Source of the DNA: Paramoeba atlantica | Lineage: Eukaryota > Protista > Discosea | Assembly: GCA_977017575.1 (NCBI GenBank) | Contig: CDRNVI010000141.1 | Coordinates: 21,352-85,351, forward strand | Length of the DNA: 64,000 nucleotides | Direction of reading: 5' to 3' | Shown: positions 63,816-64,000 of the stretch, in pieces | Layout of the letters: the number at the start of each line of letters is the position of its first letter | Position numbering within the stretch: the stretch's first letter is position 1 | The notes under the pieces: model-generated | What the model was told of the DNA's origin: nothing | Seen by the model: only the letters and a program-made list of their open reading frames with translations | Databases searched by the model: none | Translations under genes and position numbers: made by a program

Positions 63816-64000
63816 TTATCCAAATTAAGAAAATAGGAAATGGACCAAAAATATAAAGAAAAAAAAATAAGCTTTATTTTTTTAGCGTTCCAAAACACAT
63901 CCTTTTTTTTGTTGGTTTTTTTTTTTGTGAAGTGTGGAAGAAAAAGAGAGAGAGAGAGAGAAAGAGGAGAAGAGTGAACAAAAACAACACACAAAAGAGG

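Overview
AT-rich eukaryotic genomic DNA, probably from a protist; the species cannot be determined from the sequence. It has spliceosomal introns and very long strand-polarised CT/T-rich tracts, and most ORFs in the supplied track are low-complexity artefacts. The window is largely a graveyard of transposable elements: (i) a self-nested cluster of an L1/Tx1-like non-LTR family carrying a C-terminal archaeal/plant-type RNase H; (ii) a decayed full-length Ty3/gypsy chromovirus, a younger relative reduced to gag-protease-chromodomain-chromodomain, and a gag-only LTR element; (iii) copia, gypsy and possible Penelope relics; (iv) a Crypton-like tyrosine recombinase; and (v) CACTA, foldback and TA-flanked MITEs. 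Apparently intact host genes are a divergent ADF/cofilin, a PB1/coiled-coil gene, a tri-ubiquitin whose last unit lacks RGG, tRNA-Arg(TCT) and two identical 5S rRNA genes. Decayed copies exist for cofilin, PB1, Hsp70, 5S and a one-LRR-per-exon gene. Duplicates show strong CpG-to-TpG/CpA decay (10 of 11 CpGs lost in the cofilin copy). The least explained signal is a ~48-bp hairpin present in five copies, three near 5S sequences. An 18-bp variant of its left arm occurs as an exact direct repeat bracketing the recombinase plus a PB1 gene copy. All alignments were made by eye and boundaries are approximate.
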